Shown here: positions 11,901 through 26,900 of the stretch, one piece after another
Layout: every line of letters begins with the position of its first letter
Position numbering within the stretch: position 1 is the first letter of the stretch
NCBI GenBank assembly: GCA_013265495.1
Contig: MU057448.1
Span: 26,181-90,180, forward strand
Direction: 5' to 3'
From: Vicugna vicugna
Taxonomy: Eukaryota
Length of the DNA stretch: 64,000 nucleotides
Notes under the pieces: model-generated
Database searches by the model: none
Told to the model about the DNA's origin: nothing
The model's input: the letters and a program-made list of their open reading frames with translations, nothing else
Made by a program: the position numbers and the translations under genes

Positions 11901-14900
11901 CCAGAAATGTAATAAAATCAAGTCATTTAACCACTCTGATTCATTATCCTGTTTTAAACAGGTTAATGTATGAAGGAAATGACACCTGTCAGTTTGTAAC
12001 TATTAAATACATGTATTTTGCTGCAGAGAAAAGAAATAAGAATTTGTTGATCAAGGAGATAAAAAATTAAGTGCAGAGAAAAAAGTGAATGAAAGAAAAA
12101 GAACTGGAAGAAGTTGAGTTATTGTCTTTCAAAAGATAATGTGCTTCCTCATTTGTCCATTCAGACAAAATGAAATGAGGGCAGGAGGGAGTCCACAGAG
12201 CAGAAAACTGATAACAGAAACAAGGTTTCTAAACTCTGCCTTTGCCTTATGAGAAGTGAGCTTAACTACTGTGATAGTTTGATTAGAATTAAAATTCAGA
12301 GTGGATGTGCCCTGCCTCGGAAGTCTACTTTTAAAAGAACGTGACCAGATTCTGCTGAGATGCAGTGCTGTGTCATGTGAAAAGTTAAAGTCTTAGGATT
12401 ATTAACCGTTTTAGCTCTGCTGCACTGGAATAGTCCCATTTAGAAAAAGGGCTGCTAAACTGAATGGACATTTCAGAAATTTAAAAATTAGTTAAATAAA
12501 TCATTAGAAAATGTTTCAAAGTGTCAGTAGTGCACCAAAAGTCCAAAATCTATCAGTGTAAAATTTAGTCTTCCTATTTAAAATAGATTTGAAGGACATT
12601 TATTAACTATTGATATGGCCATGCTTCATGTTAGGCACACCAATACTTAAAAACTCTTGAACATAAAAAAATCTTAAAACAGAGAAATTGTGCCTGTTAT
12701 AATATTGTCTGGAATCAATTTTTAAGTTTTCAGTTCTCAGAAAAAAATTCTATGTGCAAGAAAATCTAACAGTGATGTATCTGCTCAGGCTAATTTTAAC
12801 TTTTTGTATTTTATAGTAATATAATTAAATAACACAATTGAGTAAAGCTGTAAAATTGCTTCTGACATGTAGGACAAAACATCCCAGAAATAAACTATAA
12901 TGTGAAATCTGAGGGTAAACATTAGCAAAGCAGATACGGGGTCCATCTGTTACCACTATGACGTCAAGGGACAAGGCTATACTTCATGCAGCGGTAAGAG
13001 AGGCAATAAACCCAAGTGTTATGACTAGATAAAACTTGCTTCGACAACCAGCACGACTGAAATCACAGACTTAGAGCAACACTTCTGTCCAGTTAGAAGA
13101 AAGTGCAGAGTAAGCTGGAACGTCACAGTAGGAACAGTCCAAAATGTTAAAACCTTGCACATAAAGGAGAATGTTAAAGTCAACCCCAATGCCATTTTTA
13201 ACATTTTGCTTTCTAGAACCATAGCTGAAAAGTTGTGCAAGTCTGTTGTTTTGTTAAGCCCCATGCAAAAACCCATCCCTTCCTGACATTTTAAACAGTA
13301 TGTTCACAGATCGCATAGCATTACTTTATATTTTCCCAGCAGAAGTAATTACATCCCTAGCAATTCCAGAAGGCACCTTCTTTCTCTAAGTCTGACTAAG
13401 AAATCTGTCAGCAGTAACTGTACAGTAACTCCTGTGAGGAGCCTGGCAGCGCTGAGGGAGACGTGTCTCTGCACCCGGACAGAGCGGGGCTTGTTAACCT
13501 CCCTGCTGAATCTAGCATGATTCGGCCCCATGGCCCCACAGAAGAACTACGTGTACCTTGGAACTACAACACTGAGTTTAAAATAAATTATTTTCCAGTG
13601 TATCTAGAAGTACTAAAAAATAGATACCTCTTTCCTCCAAAAACATTAAAGGAAAGAACTGCCCTCAGGAGCTTTCTCTTGCATTGCTTTTGCACTCATA
13701 CTCTTTCACCATCATCCTGTAAAGTGACCCACTAGCGATTTTTTGGTGACAACTTATGAAAACATTTTGAGTTTGCATCATGCTTAGCCACTGACAGAAG
13801 TGTTAGCCATGCATTTTTTTTTTAACACCACGCAGTCTGGTTTCATGACTCTGAAGCACTTAGACTCAATTTACCCACAACACTGTCTATGAAACCTGAG
13901 CTTTTTTTCTTCTTCGATTTATTATGACATGAAGCCAAGTGAGAAGAAACAGGTTGAGACCTCACTTAACAAGGGCCTGTGCTACCCTTCTCTGCATCAA
14001 GAAGATCATGAAAACACCATCAAATCATTAATCAACGCACACCGATTTCAATGGCTATTTTAACAACCATACACAATGAAAACTGGTTGTAATTTAAAGA
14101 CTCCCTATCATTGCCACCTGGTATTCCTACAGGTGAGGGCAAGACAGAGACATAAGTGAACATTTAAAAAATTTAAATGTTTCCTTTACTTGACTACATA
14201 TTTAGAAATGTTCTACAATTGTTCAGTAAGACATTTTATAACAATTAAAATAACAATGCTATATAAGTAAAATAGCAATTAAGGATGTACACTTACAGAA
14301 GAAAATGATAAAAGTTTTAAACTGAAAAACAGAGCTTAATGTTTTTAGCATTACAATTTTATTTAATTCATAAAAAAATTATCTTGAATTCCTTTAAAGA
14401 AAAAACATCCATATGTGGTTAAGTATCTCGATGCCAATCATTTACTTATGCTTAGGGGCAGAAAAACTGGGGTGCAGCAAAACTTGGAAATTACTGTGAA
14501 CCAATGCCAGACTGAAATCAATCAGAAACTAAGCCAAACATTGGAAAGTGTATCTCTAGTTATTAGGCAATAATACTTAATTTCTAAAATAGAATTTGAA
14601 ATGGAGCTTTTTAAGGAATTTAAAATTTGTCAGTTTAGTTGCATTTATTGAACAAAGTTAATGACAGATATCTCTTGAAAATTACAAGTCCAGGGACTTT
14701 AAAAAATTATAAAATTTCTGTCTCCTTTCTTTGTTAGCACAATTAATTATGGCTTTTACTTAGTGTGCAGAAGTCAAACAACTCAGAATTTCATCAAATT
14801 AAAAACAAGAATTATATCAGAAATCTGAAACCCAAGGGAAAAAAGATAATATAGCTAACCGTGAACAAGTGACCGCTCATGCTAGTTGAAGGGTCTGAAA

Positions 14901-17900
14901 AATTTCTGAAGTTTCTTCTTTGAGTAAGACTCCTTTTGGGCTCCATGCTAGTACTAGAATTTTTAGCAGAAGGCGGTCCATCAACAGGCCTTGTAGGAAC
15001 AGAACCGAGGAGGGAGCTCTGGTGCTGTTTCTCCAGCTGAAGCTCAGTGCTCACCGCTGCCAGCCTCTTATTAGCCCTGCGAGGATCGCAAAGCACACAT
15101 TTGATTCATTTCATTTTCTTCCTAAGTGATATGTATTTCTAAAGTTGCTATAATAGTAAACAGATTCTCCCATTAAACTGTTTTGACACCAAAAATACAT
15201 CAGTGCAGACCTACTGTAAACAATTACAATTTAAAACTGTCCTAAAGAAGGACATGCATGCCTGGGGGGGCCCTTAAGTAACAAGTACTTCAAAGTGGGG
15301 AGAGTCAGAGATGGAGACGCCCCCACAGAAGACCCCCACTGCCTTCTGCACTGGCTGCATCTAGACATACTCACCCTCAGTAAACCAGTTTACAAATAAA
15401 AAATAAACCATCCCTCAAAGCCATTTTCAAGCATTTGCTTTCACCCCCCTTATATACACATTTCACTCATTACCTGGGAGAAATTAAGCATGCGGCACTG
15501 AGGAACAGTTTAGAGCCACCACCTCTGGGGGACACCAGGCGGCAGAGCCGAAGGTGGGAAAGTACTACGACAGCGCTGGGGCAATTTCAAGTGTCCCCCA
15601 ATGTAACAAAGCCCACTTTGTTACTTTGCTTTTACCAGAGGCCTACATCAGCACCTGTTTTCCATAACCAAAAAAAAACTCAAGCGGATTTTCACTTTTA
15701 TAAAAAAAAATGCAAAAAACCAGAATAGCACTGGGTGCTTGTTTTAGACAAAGCCATCAGAGGGGCAACGAGCACCCCAAGCAGCGAGAGGGGCCCCACC
15801 GAGCTCCTTCCCCAGAACCACCCTCAGTGTCCCAGCATCACGCCACCACGGCTTTGGACTGTGTCTGTGAGCGCCTGCGCTTTATGCATATTTATTTCAT
15901 GCATCCACCAGCAAGGTGTGTCCTAAGGTAACTGCCCCTTTGCTTTACATCGACAACTTTGATAGGAACGCGCTACTTTCGGATAGCGGGGAGACCTGTA
16001 GCTTCTCACACTGCTACTCAGGCACCGGAGGTGGGACCCGCCCTTTCTATCTTCCACGCACCCCCGCGGGCAGGCCACCATCTGCTTTTTAGCCACTTTG
16101 TGAACCTCTATGCTGCCCCTCACCCCATGTGAATTTCCCCCTATTGCCCAAGCATGCCTTTACTTAGCGGAGACAAACTTAGAAGGGTACAGTACTTCGT
16201 CTCAGGGTGCCCACGAGCGGTGACACCAAATATCACAATCAAGAAAGTAAATTCACCAAACACCAGCATGGGGCCCCTTGGGTTTACATTGTGCTCTTCC
16301 AAAACACAGTTAATTTTAAACTCATTAACATTTCTATTTATGGGAATTCCAGATAGAAATTTTGTGATAATATGGCTGTCTAAATTACAAAGTTTGTAAA
16401 ACCCCTAGCTTAAAGGCTGGATCAGGTTAAATATATGCAAATATAAAAAATGAAGTCATGTAAAAGCAACAAAGGCAGTGAGATGCAAACTGCCCTGGAC
16501 TGACATTTTAAAGGAGAGTTCATTTACTAACATCATTTCCCAAAATTACACTATCTAGTTAACTTTCACTTGCTACTCACCTCATGAACTTGGCTCAATA
16601 AAAATTATGCCTAAGTGGCAAATTAATGACCTAAATTATTTTCTATAATTCTACGTTTTGACTTACGAGTTTAGTTGACTTGCCAATGACATTCTGTTTT
16701 CTAGCTCTTTCAGGTACAGTTGTTTGTATCTTTCCAATTCTCTTTCATTAGAATCAAACTGAAAAGTTTTATTTTTCAGCTTAGTTTCCAGGTCTTGAAC
16801 TCTGTGTTCCATCTGACTTACTGAAGCACGTGTATACTCTCTTAACAAGTCTTCTTGAGATGCTGCTTGTGCCTACAGCAAATTAAAAGGGTACAATTTT
16901 AAAAATACTTATAACCTGAGTAATTACAGTATATTTGTTCCCTTTAGTTTTGAGTCAGTGATTCAGAGAGCAATTTTAAGTGTGAAAAAAAAGCTGAACT
17001 TTAAAATATTTATCATCAATGTCAAGTGAATTAAATCTGAATTACAAAATTAAAGTTTAATCACTCTTATATTAGTACTCATGTAATGTGATAGTTCAAA
17101 GAATAATAGGATCAATTTAAAATTTTAAAAATTGAACAATACAACCTAACAGTAATCCCAGAGTGTGGTACAGTATTTAAATCACAATATATTCTTTTCC
17201 TCCTAGTCATCTTGATTTACACCAATTGGTCTTAAAAATGATTCTCTAGTGAGAATTGTTCTAAAAGATCAGTTTAATGATATTAATGATGGAAACTGAA
17301 TTATTTAAAGGGAGTAACAAATGTGGCCTTCCTTCCAGAAATCTACAAAACATACTGCTATGTGGGAAGTAGAGGAAACACAGAAAATGTACACATCCGA
17401 ACTGTCATTCTCAGCGAAGTGAGTTAGGGCATGTCACAGATCAATGCTTCACCTGTAAAAACTGGCTGATTTCTTTCAATTTTTCTGCTATAGCCTGTCT
17501 TGCTCGCGCTTCAGTCTCCCGGTTGTACTGCACGACTTGACTGAGTTCCTTCAATTTTTCTACTACATCCCGTCTTGCTCGCTCTTCAGTCTTCCATTTG
17601 TACTGCTCGGCTTGACTGCGTTCCACTGTGTTCATTTCTAGGTGACGTCTGAGCTTTACTACTTCTTCTTCCAACTTCTTTTTCTCCTCCTCTAGTGTGT
17701 CAGATTTCTTTTGCAATTCTTTCATAGGTAATAACTCCTTTAGAAAAAGTTGAGTTTCTGCACTCAGATGGAGAAGTACTGAAGATGTAGATTCCACTTT
17801 TGCTGGAAGATCAGCATTCTGCATGAAGAAGATAAAATTGTTTGGTAATGAGGTTAGCAGACTGAGAACAGCCTAACTCTAACCCAGCATCAAAGGTTTA

Positions 17901-20900
17901 AATAAATTCAGTTACAATAAAATGGTATCTGCCTTGTGAGTATCTGCCTAATGGAGAAACTCAAATTACTCAGAAAATCAAGAAAAAAGTTCAAACCACC
18001 AAGAGTCACAAAAATATACCGTTTACTGTCATCATCTTTGTTATACATATGTACTTGATTTTACACTCTTATTTTTCTGTTATTGTTTCATGTCCTTCCT
18101 ACATAAAATGACTATAAGGCATCTCTTAGTAGAAAGTCTCTTACCACTTCCTCCCCCAAGTCTTAACTCTCCACAATTTTTAAAGTTTTAGGGAGATCAT
18201 ATTGAGTTACTTAGGGCTGAATTAATAAATGCCTCCCAAAACAAGACTTTGAAAAAAAGACTGCAATTAATACATCTTACAAATATGGGTTCTAATGCCA
18301 TAAGCCTTTCTCTAAACTATAAATATTTTATGCTTGTTTGAATTGCATTCCAAGGAGCAATGAGTGATTCACACACTTAAGGAGAAATCCATCTCCTCGT
18401 GTAGTGGTTTAGTAAGGTGATCCATACATTTTTCTAAACAAACAAACAAAAAAGCCTTCATTCTTGTAATCCTTTGTGGCTGTCCACAAAACAAAAGAAC
18501 ATATTCAACAAAAACAAACAAAAAAACTTGCTGGAATTTCAGTGACACTGACTTGAGAAGAACTACTTTCCTTCAGACAGAAGGATTATTTGGTAAGACA
18601 AGGAAGGTGGAGGTGGTGGTTGTAAATCATCCCTACAAGTTCTCTGACTCTTTTACCTGTGAAATTCCCTCCCCTGAAGTACGTACTGGCCTCAGTCAAC
18701 TGGTTTCTAGGGGACACAATGTGGCGGCACTGCTGTGTGATTTCTAAGGCTAAATGGCTTCTGACTTTCACTCTGTAGGGGCGCTCACCCTTAGAACCCA
18801 GCCACCACACTGTGAAGCCCAGGCCACCTACTGAGTCCTTGTACACCCAGCTGTCCCAGCTGATGGCCGCAGGGAATGTCCTTAACCAAAGCCAGCTCCA
18901 ACTTCCAGACATGTGTATGAACAAGCCTTTAGATTATTATAGTGCCCACTTGATGCCAAGTGGAGAAGAAATGAGCTGGGTCCACTGAGCCTTGTCTAAA
19001 CACAGATTTGTGAACCAAGCAAATGCTGTCTTGAGTCACCAGGTTTTGAGGCAGTTTATTATATAAATTACTAGCAATGAAAACTGGCACAGATACTGAT
19101 ATTAAAAATGGGGCACAGCCATTAAAAAAGAACCCAAAATGTGGGGATTCCTTTGAACCTGGAGGTAGGTGAAACCTGAACAGATGTAGAGAAGAGTAAG
19201 AGTGAAAATCCAAAGTGTCCCCAAGGCTGTGAGTGGAAGCCTGAGGGTCCCTGAAGGGCTGAGAGTGAAGGCTTCTAGGCCAGGGAAGAAAAAGACTCTG
19301 AAACCAGAGGAAACAGGACTCTTGCTACCGAACATCTGAAAGTAAAACTCATGAGAGAGATAAGCTAAAACAAACAAACAAAAAGATTATTAAATAGAAA
19401 GGAACCAGGACTCACTGGGTTCTATTATCTGTATCCCATTTAAAGCATCTCCACATGCCCAACTGTCACATAATGGGTAAGCAGAGAAATGGCTTCCAGG
19501 CTAAGATCAAATCTAGGCTGCTGCCAGGAAAACAGTCTAAAGATGAAGCCAAGACTTTGTTAAGACCTTGGAAAGATTTAAGGTGCTGCCTCAAATTCCT
19601 TTAAAGATCTTAAAAGCATAAGTATTTTAAAGGCATGGTCCCACAACAGCTTCACAGGAAGACCAAGATGAAGAGTTTATCTCAAAAAGACGTGAGAGTA
19701 GCTTTTCCAATGGCAGGAACCCCAATAAAATTCACAGGAAACTCAAAGTTTTAAAGAGAACTGTGGTTGCATAAACACTGCTCACGAGCTTGGACTGAAA
19801 GAGGCAAAGGCAGAGCAAAACGAGAAGAGGCCTTTGGGTTTTTCTTAGAAGGTCTACGAGGAGGAAGCTGGCTTGAGAGAACTACTCAGCTGAAATACAG
19901 GTCACTGCTCATGAAAGGGACAGAACAAAGAGCTCAGAGAAGGCAGCGAAGGAGAACCCCTCCCAGGGTTAGGACTAAGTCCTAATCAAAGAGCCGGCAG
20001 CATCAGGCTGCATTTCAGAACTGCTACGGGCCAGTGTGCCTCCCATCTTCCATCTGTGAGTGAGGGAGTCCTTAGCAGTTCAGCAGAATTTTGGGTGTGT
20101 GGTGGTAAATAACTCGTGTCTCCTTATCCGCAAGCCCCAGCACTGAGAGGAGTGTACCGAAGGAGCTGTATTCCAGAAATCATGCCCAGGAACCTCAGCC
20201 CCACCTGGACCTGGTGTAGATGGGAAAGTAAGACCCTGGGCTGAAGCCTGAGCCTAACACCACAGCGACCGAGACCTGCTCACGCCTGAGTGGGGACAAG
20301 TGGATTTCTCGTATGGAAGCAGTAGGAAAACATTGTGGCTAGTGAGTAGATTATGCTGGTTATTGAATGTCTCCATAAATTTTCTAAATTAATTCCATGA
20401 AAAAGGCAGAATTTGGGCTAACCTTAAGTGCCCTGCTCCTAATGAACAGAAAACGGTGAAAGTGGCACCAAGTGAACTGCAGGGCTTGGTTTGAAAAGGC
20501 AGTTCAGCTTCTGCCTCGCTCTTAACCCTGGAGCCCAGTATCATGAGGGCAAGCTCAGGCCACAGAGACAGCTTCTGTGTTCCAGGGGAGGTGGTCCACC
20601 TGCCTGCTCCATCTAAGCCACAGCCCACCGCCGACATCAACCATCAGACAACAATGGATGAAACTTCAAGTGATTCCAGCCCCCCACCTTCGAGCTGACC
20701 CACCTGAAGCTGAGAGGAATAGAGGCTGGGTGTCTTGGCCACACTTTTCCTAAGTGCAGGTTGTGAACAAAATAAATGCTTATTTAAGCCACTGAACTTT
20801 GGAGAGTTTGTTAGGCAAAAACAGATAAACAGAAAAGTGGATGAAAAAAGATAGTAAGAAGTGTAACTTGAATATAGTAGAAATTGGTCTCCTGTAAACT

Positions 20901-23900
20901 GGAATGTAACAAACTTTGAGATTAACTTATTAATGACAAAGTGCTGATGAGAAGCAGCAGATAGCTGAAAGAAAGACCTCAGAACTAGTGAGAAGGAAGT
21001 TACTTTAGAGTTCCCTCCAATTACAGTTTCTTACAAATAGGCATGTATTTCAGTTTCCCCTCAACTTTGAGGATAAGGAAGACTGGTAAGCAAGGAGACA
21101 CAAGATTTGAAGTCTAATACTTGAAAAACAACTAGAAATAGTCAGTTAACCAAAATCAGCCTTTTTATCTCATTTCAATTAACTGAAATTCTAAGAGACA
21201 GGCAGCTTTGAGAACTTATTAATCTAGCACTCACTCTTCATTTTCCTTTCCTCAGAGAGAAAATAAAATATTATGGAACCATAAATATAGTGTCCTTTGG
21301 CAGCATTTAAAAATACAATTTTTCCTTTACCTTACTTAAAAAGCTAGTTGGTAAGGGAAGGTAAGACTGTCTCATCTTTATGTTGTAGCACAATGCTTCT
21401 CCATATCACACAGATTGGCTTTGAACTTCTGAAATTCAAATTACTAATCTGTTACCTGTTTATGATAAACTGATTGAATATTATCTAATTTTTAACAGCT
21501 GTACACTTGAAAAATTTTCCTTGGATGGGACGAAATATTTATTTCATTAATTATGCCTTAAGCTATAGAATACAGCTAGGCACCTCTCTTTTTAAGTAAA
21601 AGGAGGTAGACACAGGGAGCTGAGAATGCAGGATCTACACCAAGAACAAGATCGGCACCAGTGTTACACACAAGAACCAAGCCAAAAGAGGAATTCATCG
21701 TGAACCACAAGATGATGGATTAGAGAGGCTTCCAAAGAGAAAGGTTGAATTAATCTTTTCCAGGCTTAATCTTTTGCCTCTAGATAGTGAAACCTACGGA
21801 TGAGTCTATGAATTATGAGTACAACATAATGAAGTATATTGAAGACTGAGTCAGCAGATCCCATGACCATGATTTGATGGAAACTGGAGTGAAGTGGGAG
21901 GCACTGGGTGAGAAACTAAAGGTCTGAATGGGGGGGAATGGACTTTATCTTTGCAAGCCTACTTTCTGTCATGTCACAGAGTCAGCAAGGCATAAGCTGG
22001 ACCCAGGCCCCTTCAGGATGCAGCAAATCTCCACAGAAGTAGTTACAGACATTCCACGACACTGAATTTTTATTACTATGTAAAACAACTGGTAATATGC
22101 AAGATGACTCGGAAAGAGTTCTCATAACATCTGAATTGGTACTGGCATAGGACAGACATAGATCAATGTCTCACCACTGTGAATCTAAAAGAAACCCTCA
22201 CATTTACAGTGAATTGATTTTCAATACGAGTGTCAAATAGCTGAATGAGACAATAATAGTCTTTTTAACACATGGTACTGGGAAAATTGGATATCCATAT
22301 GCAAAAGAACAAAATTCGACCTCTACCTCATACAATATATATATAATATTAACTCAAAATGAAAGACCTAAAACTACAAAATTCTTAGAAGAAAACACAG
22401 GTGTGTGTCTTCATGACTGGATCTGGCACTTGTTTCTTAGGACAGTAAAAGACAGAAATAGACTAACTGATCTTCATCAAAATTAAAAATTTCTATTCTT
22501 CAAAAGACACCATCAAGAAGGTAAGAAGGCAAGCTCCTGAACAGGAGAAAATACTTGAAAGTCCTACATCTGATCAAAGGATACAAAAAGAACTCTGACA
22601 ATTCAATCATAATAAGACAATCCAATTTTAAAATGGGCAAAAACCTGAACAGCCAGGTCTTCAAAGAAGATACACAAATGGATAAGCACATGAAAAGATC
22701 CCCAACATTCTTAGTTATCAGAAAAATGCAAATCAAAACCACAATGAGATGCCAATTCATACCTACCAGGAGAGCTAATGACCAGTGCTGACTGGAATGC
22801 ATAGAAATTGGGAGAATTACACATTTTGGATAAAAATGTTAAATGGTGCAGCCACTCTGGAAAACAGTATGGCAGTTCCTCAAAACATTAAACAGAGTTA
22901 CCATATGACCCATATGACAGCATTTCCATTCTTAAGTATATTCCCCAAAGAAATGAAAACATGTTTACACCAAAACTTGGACAGAAATGTTCACAGCAGC
23001 ATTATTAACAATAGCCAAGTAGCAGAGGCAACCCAAAGATCCATCAACTGATGGATGGATAAACAGTTTAGCCCCACAACCGAGTAATGTTCGACAATAA
23101 ACAGAAATGGAAACACTGACAAGTGCTATAACATGGATGAACCTTGAAGACGTTTCATCAAATGAAAAAAGCTAATCATGAAGGACCACATAGCATGTGA
23201 TTCCATTCCTGTGAAACACACAGAACAGGCACATCTATAGAGACAGAAGTCAGACTGGTGGCTATGGGGAGCTGAGGAGGACGGGGGGCTGGGGGTGATG
23301 GCCAAGGGATGTAGGCTTTCTTTTTGGGGTGATGGGAATGTTCTAAAATTGATTGTGATGATGGTTGCACATCTCTGAATATACTAGGAGGTATTAACTA
23401 TGCATCCTAAATAGGTGAATTACATGATATGTGAATTTTTTTCTTTTGGTGGAGAAAAGTAATTAGGTTTTACTTATTTATTTTTAGAGGAGGTACAGGG
23501 GATCAAACCCAGGACCTTGTGTACGCTAAGCATGCACTCTACCACTTGAGTTATGCAATCCCCCCTATAATACGTGAATTATATCTCAATAAAGTTAAGA
23601 AAAAATCCAAAGGCAGGATCTAGACAATTTTCTTAATTCTCTATTTTGGGTGTACAGATGTGACCTGAACTTCTCCATGCTTTGACAACATACGTAAAAT
23701 GAGAAAATGAAGGCAATGCCTAACTTCAACTGGTTTGTATAATGATCTTTCTGCACAAGTTACTCTGAAATCCATGAAATCAATACACAGATTCTATATC
23801 CATTCACAAAAATAAAGATGAGACATGACAATTTTCTGGACCATTCCATGAAACATTATCCTCTGATTTTATCTAGCATGCCTCATTGTGGTGAGAGATA

Positions 23901-26900
23901 ACTAAAAAATACTGTTTAATAGGGAAAAAAGTTAACTTCTGTGAGGAAAGATGTATAATTCTGAACTTCTCTAAGGGTAAATATTATAAGAAAAAATATA
24001 TAAAGAAATGGCAGAATGAAAGTCAAAGTTTAAGAAACAAGTGCATCATAAAGATAATAAAAGTAATTATAATGAAGATACAAAAGAAAACTGTCCCTGA
24101 AAAGCTAGTGTCCTGCAACACTCTGCGCTGCACATTCATAGCTGACGTGCTGAATTTCATACATACTGGGTTCGCAGTTTGATGTGATTTCCTCTCTGAA
24201 TCCTGTGTCTCAGCTTCTACATTAGTCTGATGATGTGCTGTCACCTCCAGGGAAGCTTCCAACATGGACGCTTTCTTTCGGGTGTGAGTCAGTTCTTGTT
24301 GAAGCTGTCTCATACAGGCCTAAAAAGATAACTCTGTTACTGATGTTTAAGTCACCTTATCATTAAGTTACATTAATAACATATAACTCCAACATATGAA
24401 CTTTGAGAATTATCCCCACAGATATCAATTCACCTTCTCTTCCTCATAGGTACACATTCTTGTTACTGAATTTCATTAAAGACACAGAAGGGGTGACCCT
24501 CCTGCCTTATTGACAGTAAGTTAACTTAGACAATGGATGCAGCCCCACCAGCCATTCCCTGCCCCTCTGGAAATGGCCAAGATTTACCCCCACTGAAGTC
24601 TCAAACAGAAAGGGGTGTGTGGGTGGGATGAGTGGTGATAAGTTCCACACTGTGGAACATTCTCCCTCTTTTTCATTAGAGGCTTAAGTTCAGAGTCCTT
24701 CACATATTCAATCTGGTGTTTAAATCCTTCCAATAGACTCATATCTCACAGTAAAAATGAGGATATTCCAATGGCCTTTGGGGACCCGAGACAACCTGGC
24801 ATCCCCTGCCTCCTGGACTGCAGCTCCTACAGCTCCCCCCACCCCTCCCACTCACTCCCTGCCACTCAGGACTCTGCTCCTCCTCAGTCTGAAAATGGGA
24901 CCCCAGTGCCAAATTCGTACATCACAGAGCGCTCCAGTTCCTCTGTACTGGACAAACAGATCCAAGTGATAGTAACTGAGACTTGAAATGAGAATTGTGA
25001 GCACAATATTTGAAAAAATATTCAAAGTAAATTATAAATAGAACAGGGGAGACTAAGTGAGACACAGTTTTGCTAAAATTTACATTTGTCCCAAATTATG
25101 ACTGAATGAAAAGTAGATGCCTTTAAGGAGTGGAGAGGTCATAACAATACATGATTTGAGATGGAAATATTTCTACATTTAATTCCAATTGACATGAATA
25201 AAAATAAAATTATATCAACAATATATGAGAAGCTACTGAACGAAAAGTACTGCAAGATACAGCATTTACACATCAGTTCACCTGGGAAATCTGGATTTGA
25301 CTGTCAAGGTAATCCACACAATTGAATCTTTTCTCTCTCTCTCTCTTTTTTTCTTTTACTTTTTTTGTTCACACAACTGAAACTTAATTTCAAAATACTC
25401 ATCTTATGTCTGAGCATTTCATTTATCTGCTTCGTCACGATACTAAAATGTGGTGACAGAAAGGTTAAAATGATTTGGGCAGTATAAGACCTGCCTGTAT
25501 CTATCAACAACTTATAGTTTAATCTCTTAAAATTTCAGGTGACACGCATCTTTACTCAAAGTAAAGCACCTCTCAGGTCTAATTTTTGTTTGCTGGATAC
25601 AAAATATGCTTTTAGGTTGCTTTACAGTGTATATATTTACAGCCCACACATTTTTTATATCCAACTAGTTTCAACATTTAGCTTTCATTAGATACTACTT
25701 TCAATTTTCTTTGAGGAAGTCTGAAAATTAGTTCTGTTTCTGGGTACTTACTTCCATTTCTGTTCTGTCAGTTTCATACTGATACAGTCTGTCCTTTAAA
25801 AATCTGCATTCATTGATTAGCTCCTTGTTTCCTTCCTCCAGCATCAGAACTCGTCTGCTCATGGCTTCAAGTTTTCCCATGTGATCCAGAAATGGCTCTG
25901 GGATGTTAAGTATTGTCTTTTCACTTCTGGCCTCATTTTGAGCAACATCCAGTTGCTGTTGAAGCAACATGTTTTCACTTTTTAGTTCACATATTTTCTC
26001 CTCCAAGAATGCCTGCTTTCCAATGTATTTGTTGACTTTCCCTTGTTTACTTTGAGACAAGGGTTCAGTTTCCTTGTTTGAACACTGGGCTTGGCCTCGG
26101 TCTCTATGCACACATTCTAATACCAACATCGTTGGTCTAAGAGCATCTCTCCTGGGATGGAGCTCAATTTCTTGGCCACGGAATTGACTTTCAGATTCAG
26201 AAATTTGCTGAGGAAGCACCTCACTGTTATCTTTTGGGTCAGACAGCTCAAAATCCATTGTGTCCTGTAAGTGAAACCCCTCATCTCTTACTCTTTGGAC
26301 TGTACTCAATAAACTGACATATCATAGTTTCCTTTGACGTTAAAGACTAATCTCTAAGTTTATACAACAAAAAGTTTGCAATAACTGGGTATCCAACTGG
26401 AAAAACTTAAGGTGGATGCAAATCTCAAACTTTAAACAAGCAGAAATCCCCAAAAGTTCAAAAATTTAATTAAAGACAGTGAATCCATGAAAGTAAAAAA
26501 GAAACCACAAAAGGATGTTTAAGAAGCTCAGAACTGGGAAGGCCTTTCTTTCTCTGAAATACAACAAACCCAAAAGGCTTAAAATAAAAAATGAATAAAT
26601 CTGACTACACGTAAAAATTATATCTGACATCTAACCTTTACAGCTACCCCCAAAGTAAGAGCCTTAGCTCTGTATATATTGGGACAAGTTAAATTTCCTA
26701 AAGATTTTTTTCCTGAGAATATTCCATAAATATTCTCCCTTTCTAACATTTTTAGAGCGAGTTATAAGAATTACATCTACGGATAAGTGATAAATCTAAG
26801 CACTGTACTAAGCACATCTACAAACATTAGCTAACTCATTTAGCTGTGACAATTCAGGAATAAAGGGTTAAAAACACAAGCAAGCTGCAGGGATTCCCCC

